From the NCBI RefSeq assembly GCF_009914755.1, contig NC_060929.1: 64,000 nt of DNA; one strand, written 5' to 3'. The notes beneath the pieces are model-generated. The model worked only from the letters and a program-made list of their open reading frames with translations, had not been told where the DNA came from and made no database searches. Position 1 is the first letter of the stretch. Each line of letters opens with the position of its first letter. This DNA comes from the human T2T-CHM13v2.0 reference genome, Homo sapiens. The translations under genes were made by a program, and so were the position numbers. Of this stretch, positions 1-14,179 are shown one piece after another.

Positions 1-174
1 GCAAAAATAAGTCTTTTCTTCCTTTGTATTTTATGTTCTGTAATTTTTAATATATTACTTTGCAATTAGTAATTACACAATTACATTGCTTCCTTTAAAA
101 CATTAGAATATGAAATTAATTTATTAAATTCATTGTCTTTGTCCTAAATACATGATTTTTTTTTTGTATTGCAG

Positions 175-231
175 ATTAACTAAACTCCAAATATTAGAGC
201 TTAGAGAAAACCAGTTAAAAATGTTGCCTAA
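175..231 (+). CDS. ERBIN: ERBIN exon (LRR; RLTKLQILELRENQLKMLPK)
   Basis: polyT-tgcag acceptor, AA|gtaagt donor, 57 nt. Confidence 0.95.
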
Positions 232-836
232 GTAAGTAAAGGTGCTATTCTTTAAAAAACTTAATTTATAATTTTTAATGATTAAGTCTTTAAAAATGTA
301 AATTTTTATTACCTAAAATGTGGTGCAAATTATTTGTAAATCCTGACTGTGTGGTCATCATATTTAATTAATGGTGTTAAAATATTAAAATGTATGTGTC
401 TGTTGTTGGTGCTTAACGTGGTACTGTGTTGGTAATGATTTATAGCTGTCTGAAATGCAGTCTTGTGTGTGACATAAAAGTCAAAATAATAAATATGTAA
501 AGCCCACCTCAATACTGAATAGAAATCAGAAATCCCAGGTTCGTCTACTAAAGTTCATACACATAGTGCTCATTAGAAAGATCCATAGGATCTTCATGTG
601 AAGCCTGGTAACGGTAGAACTTGATTGTCTGGCTATGTAGTGTATTGTAAATTAGAAATGCGATGATTGGTTCCCTAATGATAAGCTAACAACAAGAGAT
701 GGCAATCCAGGAGCAAAAAAAAAGATTTAATTATAAAAGAAACAGGTCTACAAACTCGAAATTCACTGTAGTCTGTGGCCTTTTATTGACCAAATATCTT
801 AAAACACTGTGAATGCATTGCTATAGTGTTACATTT

Positions 837-1116
837 TAAGGGTTGGCAAACTACAGTCTATGATTAAATCTGGCCCACTGTCAATTTTTGTAAACAAAAG
901 TTTCGTTGGAACACAGCCACATACATTCATGTACATATTGTCTGTGGCTACTTTTGCTTTACAGTGATAAAGTAGTTGTCACTACTGTATGCATCTGTTG
1001 TTGGTGTTAGAGTGGTTATCACTGCTCTATCACTGTAGGCCCTAAAATTTTTTAGGTGTACAGGACCTAAAATATTTACTGTCTGGCCCTTTACAGAAAA
1101 AATTTGCCAACTCATG
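837..1116 (+). mobile_element. MER58A (hAT-Charlie) with an internal insertion
   Basis: GGGTTGGCAAAC...GGAACACAGCCAC...TGGCCCTTTACAGAAAAAATTTGCCAAC. Confidence 0.8.
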
Positions 1117-1141
1117 TTGAAATCGCATCATCAAGATTTGC

Positions 1142-1362
1142 CCACCCAGCCTGGGCAACAAAGCGAGACCCCCATCTCTATAGAAAATTAAAAAATTAGC
1201 CGGGCACAGCAGCATGTAACTATAGTCCCAGCTACTCTGGAGGCTGAGGAGTGAGGATCGCTTGAGTCCAAGAGTTTGCACTTGTAGTGTGCAATGATTG
1301 TACCACTGCATTCCAGCATAAGAACAGAGTGAGACCCTGGCTCAAAACAAACAAACAAGCAA
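1142..1362 (+). mobile_element. Alu, 5'-truncated, AluJ-like
   Basis: CCAGCCTGGGCAACA...right arm, (AAAC)n tail. Confidence 0.85.
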
Positions 1363-2123
1363 ACTTCTCACCTCTTGAGAAGGAAAACATCTCCAGTTAC
1401 CCCAGGAGTTGTTCTGTTTACTCAGCTTCTATGACACATTTATATCTGTTACAGTATTTGCTGGATAATGTTAATGTATCTGTTTTTATTATATGTCACT
1501 CTCTTCTTCCCTGACCAGCATATAACCTGCATGTATGTGCATGTGTATCTTCCCCTTGGTTTCCCTTGATTATCTGTGAGGACAGAGACTGTGTCTGTTT
1601 TTTATTCCAAAAGACAGTGTTTTGAGTAATTGTTCAATGCATGGATGAATGTTTATAGTGATGATTGTGAGTATAAGTTAAAGTCAAATTATCCATATTA
1701 AAATTCAAAAAGATATGTATACATTACAGATTTGATACTCTCAGTGATAGTTCCTTAGCTAAAAATGTGACTGGTTTCTAAGATATTTGAATAACAAGAT
1801 GTAAATTGTTTACTGTGATAGCTAAGCCTATAATTACTATGTGATATCATAGGCAATTAACTGATTTTAACACCTTTTAGAGATTCAAATTAGACTCTCA
1901 GTGAATTTGCAAATATTCTTTTCTCCTTTTAAGATATGATTGTAGCCTTTTTAATACGTTTTTATTGAGGTAAAATATGTGTAAAATTTACTGTCTTTAC
2001 CATTTTTATGTGTACAGTTCAGTGGTAATAAATACATTTATATTCTTTCCCCTTCATTCTTTCCTCCCCACTACCCTCCTCAGCCTCTGCTAATCACCAT
2101 TCTACTCTTATCTTCATGAGATC

Positions 2124-2420
2124 TTTTTTTTTTTTTTTGAGACGGAGTCTCTCTCTGTCGCCCAGGCTTGACTGCAGTGGCATGATCTCGGTTCACTGCA
2201 CCCTCCGCCCCCCAAGTTAAGGCAATTCTTGTTTCTCAGCCTCCAGAGTGGCTGGGACTATAAGCATGTACCACCACGTCTGGCTAATTTTTTGTATTTT
2301 TAGTAGAGACGGGGTTTTGCTGTGTTGGTCAGACTGGTCTCGAACTCCTGGCCTCAAATGACCCGCCCTCCTCGGCTTCCCAGAGTGCTGGGATTACAGG
2401 CGTGAGCCACCACACCCGGC
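2124..2420 (-). mobile_element. AluS
   Basis: polyT + GAGACGGAGTCTC...GGATTACAGGCGTGAGCCACC. Confidence 0.92.
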
Positions 2421-3934
2421 TTGGGATCTTTTTTTAGCTCGCACATGTGAATGAGTACATGCAATATTTATCTGTCTCTGCTTGGCTTATTTCACTTAAT
2501 GTAATGACCTCCTGATCAACCCATGTTACTGCAGGCAGCCTCTTTTATGGCTGAATAATATTCCATTGTGTATATGTACCATACTTTATCCATTCTTCTG
2601 TTGACGGTTATTTAAATTGATTCCATATTTTGGCTATTGTGAATAGTGCTGCCATAGACATAGGAGTTCAGATAACCCTTCAGTGTACTGATTTCCTTTC
2701 TTTTGTATATATACCCAATAGTGGAATTGCTGGATTATGTGATAGTTCTATTTTTAATTTTTTTTAGGAACTTCTATACTGTTCTCCATAGTGGCTATAT
2801 TAATTTATATTCCCACCAACAGTGTTCAGAGATTCCTCTTTGTTCCCATCCTTGCTAGTTATTGCCTGTCTTTTTTGATATAAGCCATTTTAACTAGGGC
2901 AAGATGATATTTCATTGTAGTTTTCTCTGATTAGTGATGATCATTTTTTCATATGCCTGTTTGTCATTTGCACGTCTTCTTTTGAGAAATGTCTATTCAG
3001 ATCTCTGGTGCATTTTACAATAGAATTTTTTTTTTTTTTTTGCTATTGATTTGTTGAAGCTTCTTATATATTCTAATTATTAATTCCTGTCAGATGGATA
3101 CTTTGCAAATATTTCTCCCATTCTGTGGTTTGTTCATTTTGTTGATTGTTTCCTGTGCAGTTTTTTAGCTTGCTGTAATCCCATTTGTCTATTTTTGTTG
3201 CTTTTATTGCCTGTGGTTTTGAGGTCTTACACAAAAAAATCTTTGCCCAAACCAGTATCCTTGATATTTATATTGAGAATTAGCATTCTCCAGTGTTTTC
3301 TTCTGGTAGCTTCATAGTTTCAGGTGTTAGATTTAAGTCTTTGTTCCATTGTGGTTTAATTTGTGTGTATGGTGAGAGATAGAGGTCTAGTTTTATTTTT
3401 CTGCATATAGTTATCAAGTTTCCCAGCATCAATTATTGAAGAAACTGTCTTTTCCCCATTTTATCTTCTTGGCGCCTTTTTCTAGGATGACTTGGCTGTA
3501 AATGCATGGATTTATGTCTGGGTTCTCAATTCCTTTCCATTGGTCTGTGTGCCTATATACCATGCTATTTTGATTACTATGGCTTTGTAGTACAATTTGA
3601 AGTCTAGTAGTGTGATGCCTTCAACTTTGTTCTTTTTGCTTAGCATCACTGTGGTTATTTGGAGTCTTTTGTTGTGGTTCTGTATACATTTTAGGATTTT
3701 AAAAATATTTCTGTTAAGAATGTCAGTGTTTTGATAGGGATGACATTGAATCTGTACATTGCTTTGGATAGTATTGTCGTTTTAATTATCCTAATCCATG
3801 AGCATGGAGTATCTTTCCATTTTTTTGTGTCCTCTTTAATTTCTTACATCAGAGTTTTATAGTTTTTCTTGTATAGATCTTTCACGTCTTTACATTGATT
3901 CTTAGGTATGTTATATGTATATACCTAAGAATAA

Positions 3935-4185
3935 ATTGATATATATAATATAATATATATTATATTATATAATATATATTATATATTATAATATATAATA
4001 TATATTATATAATATATATTATATAATATATATTATATAATATATATTATATAATATATATTATATAATATATATTATATATTATATAATATATATTATA
4101 TATTATATATTATATAATATATATTATATATTATATAATATATAATATATATTATATATTATATATACATACACACACACATATA
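3935..4185. repeat. AT-rich (TATAT/TAATA) minisatellite followed by (CA)n
   Basis: About 230 bp of almost pure A/T. Confidence 0.95.
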
Positions 4186-4186
4186 G

Positions 4187-4493
<307 letters not shown>

Positions 4494-6880
4494 GGTATGT
4501 CATATTTTTTGTAACTACTATAAATGGGAATGCTTTCTTGATTTTTCAGATTGTTTGCTGTTGGCATATGTAAATCCTCCTGATTTTCACATGCTGATTT
4601 TATATCCTTCAACTTTACTTAATTTGTTTATCAGTTCTAACAGTTTTTTGGTGAAGTCCTTAGATTTTTCTAGGTATAAGATACATGTTGTCTGTGAACA
4701 AGACTAATTTTGACTTCTTATTTTCCAATTTGGATGCTCTTTATTTCTTTCTCTTTCCTAATGGTTTTTGCTTGATTATAACTTTGAGACCTCACAAACA
4801 AGAGGATATAGTTTTAAGTATTACAAAGTCATGTGCATTTAGGTTATATGACTATATCAAAGATTAGAGCAATGGAAAGAGCTGTTGTTTTAGATATATA
4901 GTTAAGTGAAATTTAATGCTACCTAAAGAATACTGGAGGGCACAGTACTAAGAACACAAAAGATGTTTTACTTTTCCTTTGAGGAGAGGAGAAAGTGAAA
5001 TGAGTTCAATACAAATGAATTTTAGAAACAGATGGGAGAAAATATGAGGGATATTGTTTATGTTTTCTCCTTGAGAGAGGCAGCTAGATCTTATTCTAGG
5101 ATGCAGTTTTATTTCTGAGATTTCTAAAGTGTATGAGTATAGCCACAGTTGTCAGTATTAACTATAGAGAGTTGAGGTGGAGACTCTTTTTGACATGACA
5201 GTATATTTTCTTTTTTATTACATATCTGTATCACTCACGTTTTCCTAAAATTGTTTTAAAATATAAATTTTCCAGGATATCATCTGTAATTGAATTTTTC
5301 CAATGCACACCTTTTCATTTTTGTACCCTTTTCTAAAACTGTTATGCCATTGACATTATGTGCTCAATAGTTACATGTGAATTTTCTGTTATCTTGTCAT
5401 TATAACAATACTGAAGCAAGAAATGTAAGATTATGTTTTGTTCTTTCAGTCTTCTCTTCCTCCTCACAATCTTCTTCACTTTTTGCAAATCTCCACCTGG
5501 TATAGTTATTTGAACATAGGAAATTATAATCATAGCATGTGATTTTATACATCTGGAGAAAGATCGTGGAAGCAACCTTTCGCTTGTTAATGAAGGAAGC
5601 TAGAACTTAAAGGTTTTCTGGGGAAAGATATGAGTAAGGAAGCAGAATTATGGTACCTGAGAATAGGCACTTAGTAAATCTAGGTGAAAGCAGTTTTATA
5701 AAAATTGGCATTATGAGATGAATTGAAGAGTTGATGACAGAATGGCATATTTAAAATGTAAAGGGAAAATTCGCTTCTAATGTAGACCAATGACAGTTTC
5801 ATTACAATGATGGTGTTTGTTTTTATATTTTTGACTAAAAAGCTGGAGAAATGTTGCAACTGAGTTTTATTTTACTTATTACTAATTTTTGTTAAAATTC
5901 CAGAGAAGATAGAAATAGTCTGTGTTTTTCGTGCCATAATTTGAAGTGCCTGTGGATTTTAAATGATACTCATTTTCAAAGTATTAACATATTAATGTAA
6001 TATACTGATATTGTGATTATAACTATATTTTGCTCTCATTTTGTCATATCCTACAAAATCCTTAATACAGAATTTCTTATCTGGGTAACTGGTTACATCT
6101 CAATGTATTAAATAATAGGTGTTGTACAAAAATAGCCACTTAAGAGTGTAAATATTTGTTTGAATTAGTTTCAAAGGGTACCTTTGTAAAAGGAGAGAGA
6201 AAAGATAGAAGTGCAACATAGTTTATTTCATTACAAAACTGGTTTGTACATCTTTCAAGTTCCTGTAATTTCAGAGAAGTGTTGATGTTAAGTTGGAAGT
6301 TAAGAATAGTATATTATTGCTTTTATTTAAAATAAATGTCAACTACTAATTTGTGATTCATATAAAACTTTATTTTGAATTGTATTGTATTTAATTTGAA
6401 CATGTGGGGAGTAATACAACGTACTGTTAGCATTTTGAATATTAATTTTCGGAGTTACAGTTATCTTAAAGTCTTACAAATATATGAGCAGTTTTGAAAA
6501 AGAATTTTTGTAATTATGGTAGTAATTATTATACATCTGCCAACATTTATTAGCTGACTTGTACTATATGAAAATTCATTATGTGAAAAAATAGAAACTC
6601 ATTATTTGTATTCTGGCTTGTGGGTTTAAATTTATTGCAATTGCTTCTTAAAAATAGAAATGAAAAGACCAATGAGAAGGCAAAATAAGATAATAACTGA
6701 TAATTATTTTATCTAGAAATCTGACTTTTAAATTTTTTAGAAAATTAATATTTTTATTTTGTCAACATGTGAAAGCCCATAAATAATTACCTATTCCATA
6801 AGAATGTTTTAGACTGTTTTGAAAGCTTCCATGTAATTGATATTTTTCTAGTTAATTTTTCATTACTCCATTATGAACAG

Positions 6881-6944
6881 AACTATGAATAGACTGACCC
6901 AGCTGGAAAGATTGGATTTGGGAAGTAACGAATTCACGGAAGTG
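6881..6944 (+). CDS. ERBIN: ERBIN exon (TMNRLTQLERLDLGSNEFTEV)
   Basis: aacag acceptor, GTG|gtaagt donor, 64 nt. Confidence 0.95.
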
Positions 6945-8848
6945 GTAAGTTCTCATCAGTCTCACTTTCCCTAAGTTCTTATATTTAATGAAGAACAAAA
7001 TATGAAAATTAATGTATTTCTCTTACAAATTGGATAAAGGTTTACTTTTTTTTCTTAGTTACTAGATACGAAATTTCTTAGCCAGAACTTTCCAGACAGA
7101 TAGAAAAATTAACCAGACAGATGAACTTCTGACCACAAGTGAGCATAAAATGTAAAATCAATGAGAGGTCCATGGAAGAGATACTAAACAATTTTTAGCA
7201 TAGGAAGCAGAAAATTTGAGTGATTATAAGTGGGAAACATCAGTCTGGAATGCAGCAGGTAAAAGTAGTTCTGAATCAGAGAGAGCTCCATGGGGTATTG
7301 CTTGTTAACTTATTCAGTAATAAGATACTTCTCTATAATGTTACTTAATAGCTAAGGGGAAAATCATTGAGTGAAACAACTGTTATTTTTGAAGTGGTAA
7401 TGAGAACCTTTTTGTTTGTGCTTTGTATGCCAAGTGCGCTATGAAGCTGACTCTAAAAGGAAAGGAGTAGTGTTTAAGTAGCTTTTGTCTTTAGTGAGTT
7501 TTCCAAAAGAACTCAGAAAATAAGCTAGATTTTTTTTTTTTTGAAGAGGAACTCATCCAGCTGAGTATCATTATTAAACTTTTAAATTAGTTTACAAGTT
7601 TGTTGTTTAAAAGTGTGGTAGCTCTCAAATGATGGTTTTAAGCATAGGAATTTCTCAAAACTGCTTGCTATAGTATTGCCCTGTGGGTATTATATTAATA
7701 TTATAAATTTCAGCTGAGGTTTGAGGAGGAACATGGTACTTTGGAGTACCTCATTCTCTAAAATACATGCTGTGCTTCCCAAATTATTTATCTGTTACGT
7801 CCTTTCTCAATATTTGTTCTGTATGAATCCGTTTCCGTATTAACTATTTCAAAAATCTCGTTCATTTTAAGAATCCAACAAGCTTTCAAAATCGTCATTA
7901 GTTTTTGTACCATTTTGGTCTTCCAACATTATACACTTTTTAAAACTTACAGTAGAATTTAACAGTAATGCACAAAAGGAAATTTCTTTTAATCCAAGTT
8001 ACATCTGGGATTCTTATCTATATTTATATGTTAACAGTAAATCTGATTGGCATGCCTTTTATATATGACTGTTAACTATGGTCATTAGATGTGATAGTAC
8101 TCTGTGCCATCACATGATCATTGATTGCAGATGGCTTTGTGAGGTGATAGAAATAACTTTGAAGAGGGCAGACTTGAAGGGACAATGCCCAGGAGCAAAT
8201 TTTGCCTGGATATGAAGGTCTGCCACAACACTTGGATTAATTTTGATGTCCTCAACACCATATTATAAAGAATTTTCTACCATGTAATTAGAAGTTTTTA
8301 CTAGAGGTTTAAATTACAGTATATTTGTATCATGTAGTTATGACTTTGTCTATTTACCTTTCCCTGATTATGGACATTTAGGATGCACGTTGTCTTTTAT
8401 CTCCTTCTTAATGAATGTCACCAGGGAACATTTGTAATTTTTCTGTTTTCTAAAAGCTGTATCTTCTTACTGATAATGCATGAGTGCATATTTTTATTGT
8501 ATACTTCTAAGCAGTGAGTCCTATTTTTTATTTCTTTACAAATTATATAAAAACTTGCCCCTGTTGTGTAATCCAAAGCTTAAATGTGTTTTTTGTAATC
8601 TACTGCTATGGCATGTCTCTTTGATTTCTCCATTAATAATTTTCTATAATAATTTTACTGTAGTAACTATAATGCAGTAGAAAGGCTTACATCCTGGCTC
8701 TTCTTTTTTATTTTTCCTTCTCCCTGCTCCTTTTATTTAATGATTTGAAACTAAAGGTTATTAGAAATTCCCAGGGCTTCTTTTGCCAGATAAAGACATT
8801 CATAAAAATTAATTGAATTACTGCTATCCCCTACCCTAATCCCAACAG

Positions 8849-8923
8849 CCTGAAGTACTTGAGCAACTAAGTGGATTGAAAGAGTTTTGGATGGATGCTA
8901 ATAGACTGACTTTTATTCCAGGG
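8849..8923 (+). CDS. ERBIN: ERBIN exon (PEVLEQLSGLKEFWMDANRLTFIPG)
   Basis: caacag acceptor, GGG|gtatgt donor, 75 nt. Confidence 0.95.
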
Positions 8924-9232
8924 GTATGTATATGAGATTTTAAATGGCATCACTTATTTCTGGCTCTCCTTTGCAGTTTTGTGAATTGTACCTTTTATAA
9001 TTACTTTTAATTAATAAAAAAATTGAATTATTCTTTATTAAACAGAAGCAAATTACTTTTTTTCATGAGCACATTCTTGATTATAATCTAAGAATTCTCA
9101 TAATAAACATTTGTATGTCTCCTTTTAATACTGTTGAGTGTGTCCTTTCCAATGGTATCACTTGAACTTACGTCCCAATTTGCTTTGCCCAAGGAATTGG
9201 TAAACTAGGATATTTTTCATGAACTTTCTGAA

Positions 9233-9535
9233 TTTTTTTTTTTTTTTTTTTTGAGACAGAGTCTCGCTCTGTTGCCCAGGCTGGAGTGCAGTGGTGCGAT
9301 CTCGGCTCACTGCGAGCTCCGCCTCCTGGGTTCACACCATTCTCCTGCCTCAGCCTCCTGAGTAGCTGGGACTACAGGTGACCACCACCATGCCCAGCTA
9401 ATTTTTTTTTATTTTTTAGTGGAGACGGGATTTCACCGTGTTAGCCAGGATGGTCTCGATCTCCTGACCTCATTATCCGCCTGCCTCGGCCTACCAAAGT
9501 GCTGGGATTACAGGCGTGAGCCACCGCGCCCAGCC
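9233..9535 (-). mobile_element. AluY
   Basis: AluY diagnostics; TSD GAACTTTCTG at 9221 and 9536. Confidence 0.92.
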
Positions 9536-9864
9536 GAACTTTCTGTTTTAACAACTGACAAATTGTTTACTCCCATAAAAAAAGCCACAAGAATCCCCAT
9601 ATATGCTATTTCCTTAGGAGGTAATGGATACCTGAATTCCCAAAGAATATGTCCTTTGTCACTTCTGCTATGCTACAATTAGTAGAACATCTTAGCTATA
9701 TTACTGAATACATTTCTAATGGCATTTAAAAAACTACCTGGGAGTCTTCTTTCTTGTATTAGCATTTAATTTTGAATTAAAACTTGGTATCAAGTTTATT
9801 CCCTAAACTTTTTACAAATTACTAATGTTAATAGAGTCATTAGATTTTCTTTTTTTACTTATAG

Positions 9865-10009
9865 TTTATTGGTAGTTTGAAACAGCTCACATATTTGGAT
9901 GTTTCTAAAAATAATATTGAAATGGTTGAAGAAGGAATTTCAACATGTGAAAACCTTCAAGACCTCCTATTATCAAGCAATTCACTTCAGCAGCTTCCTG
10001 AGACTATTG
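9865..10009 (+). CDS. ERBIN: ERBIN exon ([17 protein letters not shown]...LPETIG)
   Basis: ttatag acceptor, G|gtttgt donor, 145 nt; overlaps ORF 9877-10092. Confidence 0.95.
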
Positions 10010-11038
10010 GTTTGTATTGCTTTCAAATTCATGTAATTTTTATTAAAATAAATTCGAGACTTCCACATAATCTCAAATTTCACTTGTTATGAGGTAGTTA
10101 TACTTCGTTACCACAGGAACGGATTTTATTTGAATTTTTCCTGGTGTGATCAGTTGTACAGTTTGCTCCTTTGTTGACATTACTGTTTTTTATTTACTCT
10201 AAGGTAATCTCATTTTTATTTCTAATATATTTAAATTCTTTAAAATAAGTTAACTTATGCAAATTTGGCTTAACTGTTAGCTTTTATTGTCATAGCTTTT
10301 ATTTTGGTAACTTTTTTCAGTCCTGTTTCATTACAGACACTCAGACAAGAAAACAGATCAGTTGAACAGATCATGAGAGATCTATGATTGAGTCTGTGTA
10401 GTTGCTTGTTCAATGATATGTCAATGGAATTGAATTATTTTGATGAAAGGACCCAAAACTTCAATCTTGACATCTTTTTGATGTTTTAATTTAAAAACCA
10501 AAAATATTTCTCAGTTAAATCACGTAGTGGTTTTAGCTAAAACTACATTTTTGTAAGTTTGTTACGATTCTACTCTTAGTCAACACTTTTTAAACTTAAA
10601 AAATATTTTACTGTTTTAGTATTTAGTATATATGGAATAGTTTTTTATATACCTGTTATGAACTACCTTCATACTACCATTTCTTTAGTCTATTAATTTA
10701 ACAAGTTTGTATTGTCTGTCTTTTCTGTGCCATGACATTGTTTTTAGAAGCAGAGCTACAACAGTGAACAACGAAGACAAAAAAGTTCCTACTATCAGTA
10801 TATTTTAGTGGGAGTTAATAAACAAATGTACACTATGTTAAATAGTGATGTGGATGAAGATTGAAAGGACAGGATGAGGGAATAGAACATTGGGATTGGG
10901 AGTGGTATCTCTTTTAGATACGTTTGTTAGGAAAGTTGTTTCTAATTCTTGTCAGATGTAGTATGTCTCACACTGACTGTTGGTGGACTTGCTTCTATTT
11001 TAAGCTGAAAAATTGTATGTTGTTTCTTCCCTCATTAG

Positions 11039-11111
11039 GTTCGTTGAAGAATATAACAACGCTTAAAATAGATGAAAACCAGTTAATGTATCTGCCAGAC
11101 TCTATAGGAGG
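11039..11111 (+). CDS. ERBIN: ERBIN exon (SLKNITTLKIDENQLMYLPDSIGG)
   Basis: cattag acceptor, GG|gtaagt donor, 73 nt. Confidence 0.95.
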
Positions 11112-11406
11112 GTAAGTTTTTTGTGAATGTATACACCCTCGAAGATTTTACTTTCAGTTCAGCATGCCATACATATTTTCAGGTATTTGCATAAATGACC
11201 TAAAGATTTTGTAAACATTTAAGTAATTAGTATACAGGTTGAGTGTGTTTATGATAGACAAACCTACTTATTGGTGAAGTTTAGCTTTGTGAAATGGTTT
11301 CACTAGGTTTTCAAAGTCAAGTTCAAATGTTTATATGTTCTGAAATTTTGGATTATATATAGGAAATCTTTAACAAATAATATATATTTCTTTTTTTAAA
11401 TTAAAG

Positions 11407-11536
11407 GTTAATATCAGTAGAAGAACTGGATTGTAGTTTCAATGAAGTTGAAGCTTTGCCTTCATCTATTGGGCAGCTTACTAACTTAAGAACTTTTGCT
11501 GCTGATCATAATTACTTACAGCAGTTGCCCCCAGAG
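11407..11536 (+). CDS. ERBIN: ERBIN exon (LISVEELDCSFNEV...QQLPPE)
   Basis: ttaaag acceptor, GAG|gtaatg donor, 130 nt. Confidence 0.95.
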
Positions 11537-11860
11537 GTAATGTATTTTAGATTTGTTTAGATTTTTGTCTTTTCATTTTTTTCTGATTATCTTCATTATA
11601 GCTATTTAGTGTGGCTTCATTTATTTTCTTTCTAAAATAGTTTTCAAGTTATTTATTTTCTGAATAATTAGCTATGTTAATTTAGAAGAGGTTCTTAAAT
11701 GCTTTCTTATGTACATAAAAATTAATTAAAAAGAAAGTCTAGTCATTATTTCTTCTATAAATGTGAAGTATTTTTCATAACTTTCAAAAATGATGTTTTT
11801 TATATGTTGATCAACCTGTAGGCCAAATTTTTTGATACTCAGTTTATATTTCTCTTTCAG

Positions 11861-11976
11861 ATTGGAAGCTGGAAAAATATAACTGTGCTGTTTCTCCATT
11901 CCAATAAACTTGAGACACTTCCAGAGGAAATGGGTGATATGCAAAAATTAAAAGTCATTAATTTAAGTGATAATAG
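11861..11976 (+). CDS. ERBIN: ERBIN exon ([17 protein letters not shown]...NLSDNR)
   Basis: tttcag acceptor, AG|gttcgt donor, 116 nt. Confidence 0.95.
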
Positions 11977-12087
11977 GTTCGTAATACTATATTCATCAGT
12001 TGGTTTATAGGAGACATTGGTTAGATGAAATTAAGTTTCATATGATATATAATAGAATAGCTAGTGCTTGTTGCTCTTTAAATATAC

Positions 12088-12281
12088 ATAGTAAGTTCTC
12101 AGTGTTATTGATAGGCTCTTGGAAAGTGTGACTTTCAGTGAAACAACATACAATGAAATCACTTCTTTCGTTCATCAGTGTTATAAGAAAATGACATTAT
12201 TTGAGAACCTGCCATACACAGTTTTGCTAAAAGTTTTGGTTTCCAAGAACCTATCAATAACTTAAATGAGGACTTAACTGT
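12088..12281. mobile_element. MER6-family (Tigger) MITE
   Basis: Long terminal inverted repeats TTGATAGGCTCTTGGAAA / TTTCCAAGAACCTATCAA, TA flanks. Confidence 0.65.
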
Positions 12282-13014
12282 ATATATTTTTTTCTTTAAA
12301 TACAAAGAGTGGTCTTATTTTATCTGATGTTAATTTATCATACGGTGGTTGTTACTGTTCATTTTGGGTTGACTTAGCTATATAGTCTTTATTCTCTTCT
12401 TACAGTTACCTTTTATTTCTGAAGTCACATCTTCACCTGAATATTGCTATTTAACAAAACAATTTTGGAATGTATCTAGTCTGTTGCTAATATTTTCCTA
12501 GGCAGAGATCTGGTTTCAACAAAGCCAAGGTGCAGAGTAAATTGATCACTAGGGTTGTAAATTGGAACAATGTTTAAGTTAAAAACAGAATGTCCATACT
12601 TTTTCGTGAGGTAAACATACTAATGATGATTAAACAGCATTTGTAGAGTGTTTTCACTTTTTGCTTTCATAGTGTCTTGTGAAGTCTTCAAAACAGCTCT
12701 ATGAAATAGTATAATAGTATTCCCATTTTATGTAGGAGGGTTTTAAGACTCAGATTTAAGGTGACTCACGTAGCTTGTAAGGTAGAGCTTTAATTTAAAC
12801 TCAATTTTCTGACTAATTATGATATTCTAACTTCTGTTTTATTTAAAAGAACCACTGCTTTCTTAAGTCACGTTTCAGCCTTTAATTCCTACGGCCCACA
12901 GTAGGTTGCTGAAAGAAAGGCACGGAAGACTAGTTAGGTATAAGATAGCAAGGCTGAAGTAGATAATTCTCTCTTAAATAAGATATTTTCATTTAGTATT
13001 CTAATGAGTATTTA

Positions 13015-13346
13015 TAGTTGACCCTTGTATTTGTGGGTTCTGCAAGTGTGGATTCAAACAACTTCAGATCAGAAATATTTGGAAAAAAATTGTGTCAGTA
13101 CTGAACGTGTACCAACTTTCCCATTGTTATTCCCTAAACAATACAGTATACCTACTATTTACATAGCATTTATATTTTAATAGGTATTATAAGTACTCTA
13201 GAAATGATTTAAAATATATGGGGGGATGTGCATAGGTTATATGCAAATACTATACAATTTTATATAAGGGATTTGAGCATCTGCAGATTTTGGTATCTGA
13301 GGGAGATCCTGGGACCAGTCTTCCACAGATACTGAGGAATGACTGT
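13015..13346. mobile_element. MER2 (Tigger)
   Basis: AGTTGACCCTTGTATTTGTGGGTTCTGCA...CAGATACTGAGGAATGACTGTA. Confidence 0.8.
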
Positions 13347-13832
13347 ACTTTGTTTTTAATCATTATCATCTTAGGGTAGTCTTCTAGATTATGTAACTGC
13401 TGGCTCACAAATAGAGAGCAGTGCAGTTTTTATAGCAAACTATCACTAAGAGTGTTTCCTATAACAGTTTGTTCTCCCTAAGTACAAATAAACCAAAGCA
13501 ATGTTATGAGACATTCCTTAATGTGTTCTTTTCTCTAAGGCAGGGACAATTAATTTTTCAACAGATTTTTAAGGTTATTCTATTATCCATTTTCTTACCA
13601 GGTGAATTGATTCAATTGAAGAATTATATTTTTGAAACTAATTCTTATAAAACTAGATATTTTGTTTTATGTCCTATACGAAGAATTATATTGGACTTTT
13701 CTCGATTTTTTTTTCTCCTATTTTCATGTGCAACTATATAGCATTTTTCAGAAAACCTTTAGGTTGAACCCTCATTCATTTTAAATCTTCTCATTTTAAA
13801 GTTTAATTTTTGTTTGTATTTTTTTCCTACAG

Positions 13833-13902
13833 ATTAAAGAATTTACCCTTTAGCTTTACAAAGCTACAGCAATTGACAGCTATGTGGCTCTCAGATAATC
13901 AG
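13833..13902 (+). CDS. ERBIN: ERBIN exon ([23 protein letters not shown])
   Basis: ctacag acceptor, CAG|gtgggc donor, 70 nt. Confidence 0.95.
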
Positions 13903-14179
13903 GTGGGCATTCTGATTTTATAAGTTAATGGAGTTCTTATTTGTGTTATATAGTTTTGCACTCCGATTTACATAGGGTCATTTAAGAGCAGCTATACATG
14001 TGGTACACATGTAAACATATCTTTTATATAAGAAAAATCTCAAAATATTTAGAAGCAGATACTTTTTATAAAATAGGTGTAGATTTATAAGTAATGAATT
14101 ATGTTGGACTTGCCTAATTTCTCCTAAATCTGTTAAAATATTGAGCGATTAGGAAATCAGACTCAAACTCTGAATTTAA

